Assembly (NCBI GenBank): GCA_944331895.1 | Contig: CALVIX010000003.1 | Location: 5,010 to 69,009 of the forward strand | Source: an uncultured Bacilli bacterium | GTDB lineage: Bacteria > Bacillota_I > Bacilli_A > RF39 > UBA660 | Length of the DNA stretch: 64,000 nt | Direction of reading: 5' to 3' | Part shown: positions 62,570 to 64,000 of the stretch, one piece after another | Numbering within the stretch: position 1 is the stretch's first letter | How the letters are laid out: every line of letters starts with the position of its first letter | Made by a program: the position numbers and the translations under genes | The notes under the pieces: generated by a model | Databases searched by the model: none | What the model was told of the DNA's origin: nothing | Seen by the model: only the letters and a program-made list of their open reading frames with translations

Positions 62570-64000
62570 TTAAAAGTACCAACTTTCAAACCATCTGCGA
62601 TCTTTTGCTACATCTTGCGTTATATTCGCTCCAGAAGAAACTGGATAAAAATAGACAAATAACAATATCGTACATAGAAGAACCGTTGTTAAGATTGCTC
62701 TGCTCTTTGTAATTTGTTGTATTTTTTGAACAAACCAAACCAGCAGTAACATAATAAACGGTAACACTGGAAAATAATGATATAAAAACATATCTCGAGT
62801 AATTGGGATATAGGAAAAGAACAAACATCCAATCGCTATTAAACATACTGGTATTTCTTTTTTTCTCTCTTTTATATAGTGCATTACATATGCCAATAAT
62901 GCGATTATTCCACCCCACCATACGAGTGGATTTCCAATTCCACTAATCGTCTGATAATGAGGCCCTGTCGTATTTGCGTAATACCATACAGGTCGTGCCA
63001 TTACTGGCCATGTATACCATGGCGATGAAAATGGATGAGTCTCTTTTAAACTACTATGATACTCAAAGACTTCTTGTGTTATATCAATAAGGCTTGAAAA
63101 ATTATTAACGTAATGTCCCGATACTTTTGGAAATAAGAAATAACTACCTATATAGATACAAAGTGGTAAGAGAACAAAGACAAAACAACAAAAGATGATC
63201 GTCTGTGTTCCTTCTTTATCCCATTTTTTCTTACGGTAAGTTTGATATAAACGAATAAAGAATATAATCGCAAGCCCTAACCCGGCAAACAATCCTGTCC
63301 ACTTCGTTGCGATCGCACAACTAATAAATAAGCCACATAAGAACAAAGTGCGAAGTTTTCTTTGAAATGAATCTTCATCCTTCAATTTGATATAGCGATA
63401 CATCATCCAGTAAGAAAGCAAGATGAATAAAACCAAATGTGTATCGACCGTTCCCATTCGGGACTGTGCGAAATGAAAATTATCGAACATCATAAAGGAA
63501 GCTGCAAGAAGTGCGTAACTTCTATGATGAAACATATTCTTTGCAAAACAGTACATTACGACAATAAGCAAAATTCCAGAAATATTCCCCATCATTCGGA
63601 AAGTAAAAGGACTCATACCAAACAGAGATACAGGAATTGCTTGAATCAATTTTCCGAGTGGTGGATGCACCCATTCGTAAGCTGGAAGCCCATTCGCATA
63701 ATCATAGGCAGTTCTAGCAAAATAGACTTCATCGAAATAAGCACTATTCATATAACTAATTTCCATTGGAACCGTATCTTTTTCATCCGTTAGTTTGTCC
63801 GTCCCGGTTACCTTAGTCAACAGTGGGTTTTGACTTTGATATACTTGTATTTCTCCAATTTGACTTCCCTCTTCAACCGATTCTATTTTAATGTATTTTG
63901 TCCGTTCTTTAATCTCTATGTCATTCCAAGTAAATACATACTTTTCTGATTCTGTAGGAAGCATCGTATAAATTTCTCCATCCGAAGAAATAGAAATATT
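62570..64000 (-). CDS. PMT/GT39-like protein O-mannosyltransferase (5' end lies outside the window)
   Basis: YFDEVYF, HPPLGK, SRMG..D, TKW.G, HPFSSPWYTWP, R.MFLYHY.P. Confidence 0.88.
   Translation of the reverse strand, partial: NISISSDGEIYTMLPTESEKYVFTWNDIEIKERTKYIKIESVEEGSQIGEIQVYQSQNPLLTKVTGTDKLTDEKDTVPMEISYMNSAYFDEVYFARTAYDYANGLPAYEWVHPPLGKLIQAIPVSLFGMSPFTFRMMGNISGILLIVVMYCFAKNMFHHRSYALLAASFMMFDNFHFAQSRMGTVDTHLVLFILLSYWMMYRYIKLKDEDSFQRKLRTLFLCGLFISCAIATKWTGLFAGLGLAIIFFIRLYQTYRKKKWDKEGTQTIIFCCFVFVLLPLCIYIGSYFLFPKVSGHYVNNFSSLIDITQEVFEYHSSLKETHPFSSPWYTWPVMARPVWYYANTTGPHYQTISGIGNPLVWWGGIIALLAYVMHYIKERKKEIPVCLIAIGCLFFSYIPITRDMFLYHYFPVLPFIMLLLVWFVQKIQQITKSRAILTTVLLCTILLFVYFYPVSSGANITQDVAKDRRWFESWYF

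Overview
Low-GC Firmicute chromosome segment, genetic code 11. A streamlined Bacilli-like backbone is consistent with an uncultured RF39-type lineage (inference only). Most genes are on the minus strand. Housekeeping content: gltX and thrS with T-boxes, recA, pgsA, rnpB-gpsB, ldh, miaB, rnj, tig, a B. subtilis-like AI-2E/alaS/reoM/ruvX/mltG/trmR/U32/greA block, frr, priA, eno, murD, rpsL-rpsG-fusA-tuf and three tRNAs. I found no CRISPR array, integrase, transposase, reverse transcriptase or prophage. Most notable observations: (1) a one-gene helicase-nuclease islet bracketed by a perfect 28-bp direct repeat that duplicates the terminator between two convergent core genes; (2) an intact, translationally coupled MBOAT + DHHW pair in which both proteins have lost their catalytic motifs; (3) a SipW/TasA-type four-gene operon whose signal peptidase is fused to a degenerate CPBP-like membrane domain; (4) a minimal spoIIIAH-gerE-gerM sporulation cassette with sigE/sigK-like promoters; (5) a perfect LexA box inside the promoter of the U32 tRNA-hydroxylase genes; (6) scattered orphan enzymes (zincins, GNAT, GT2) with similar basic Q-K C-terminal tails, possibly an export signal; (7) a pilin fused to a CLec-type domain; (8) two unannotated small ORFs. 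All calls come from reading motifs by eye; no searches were run.
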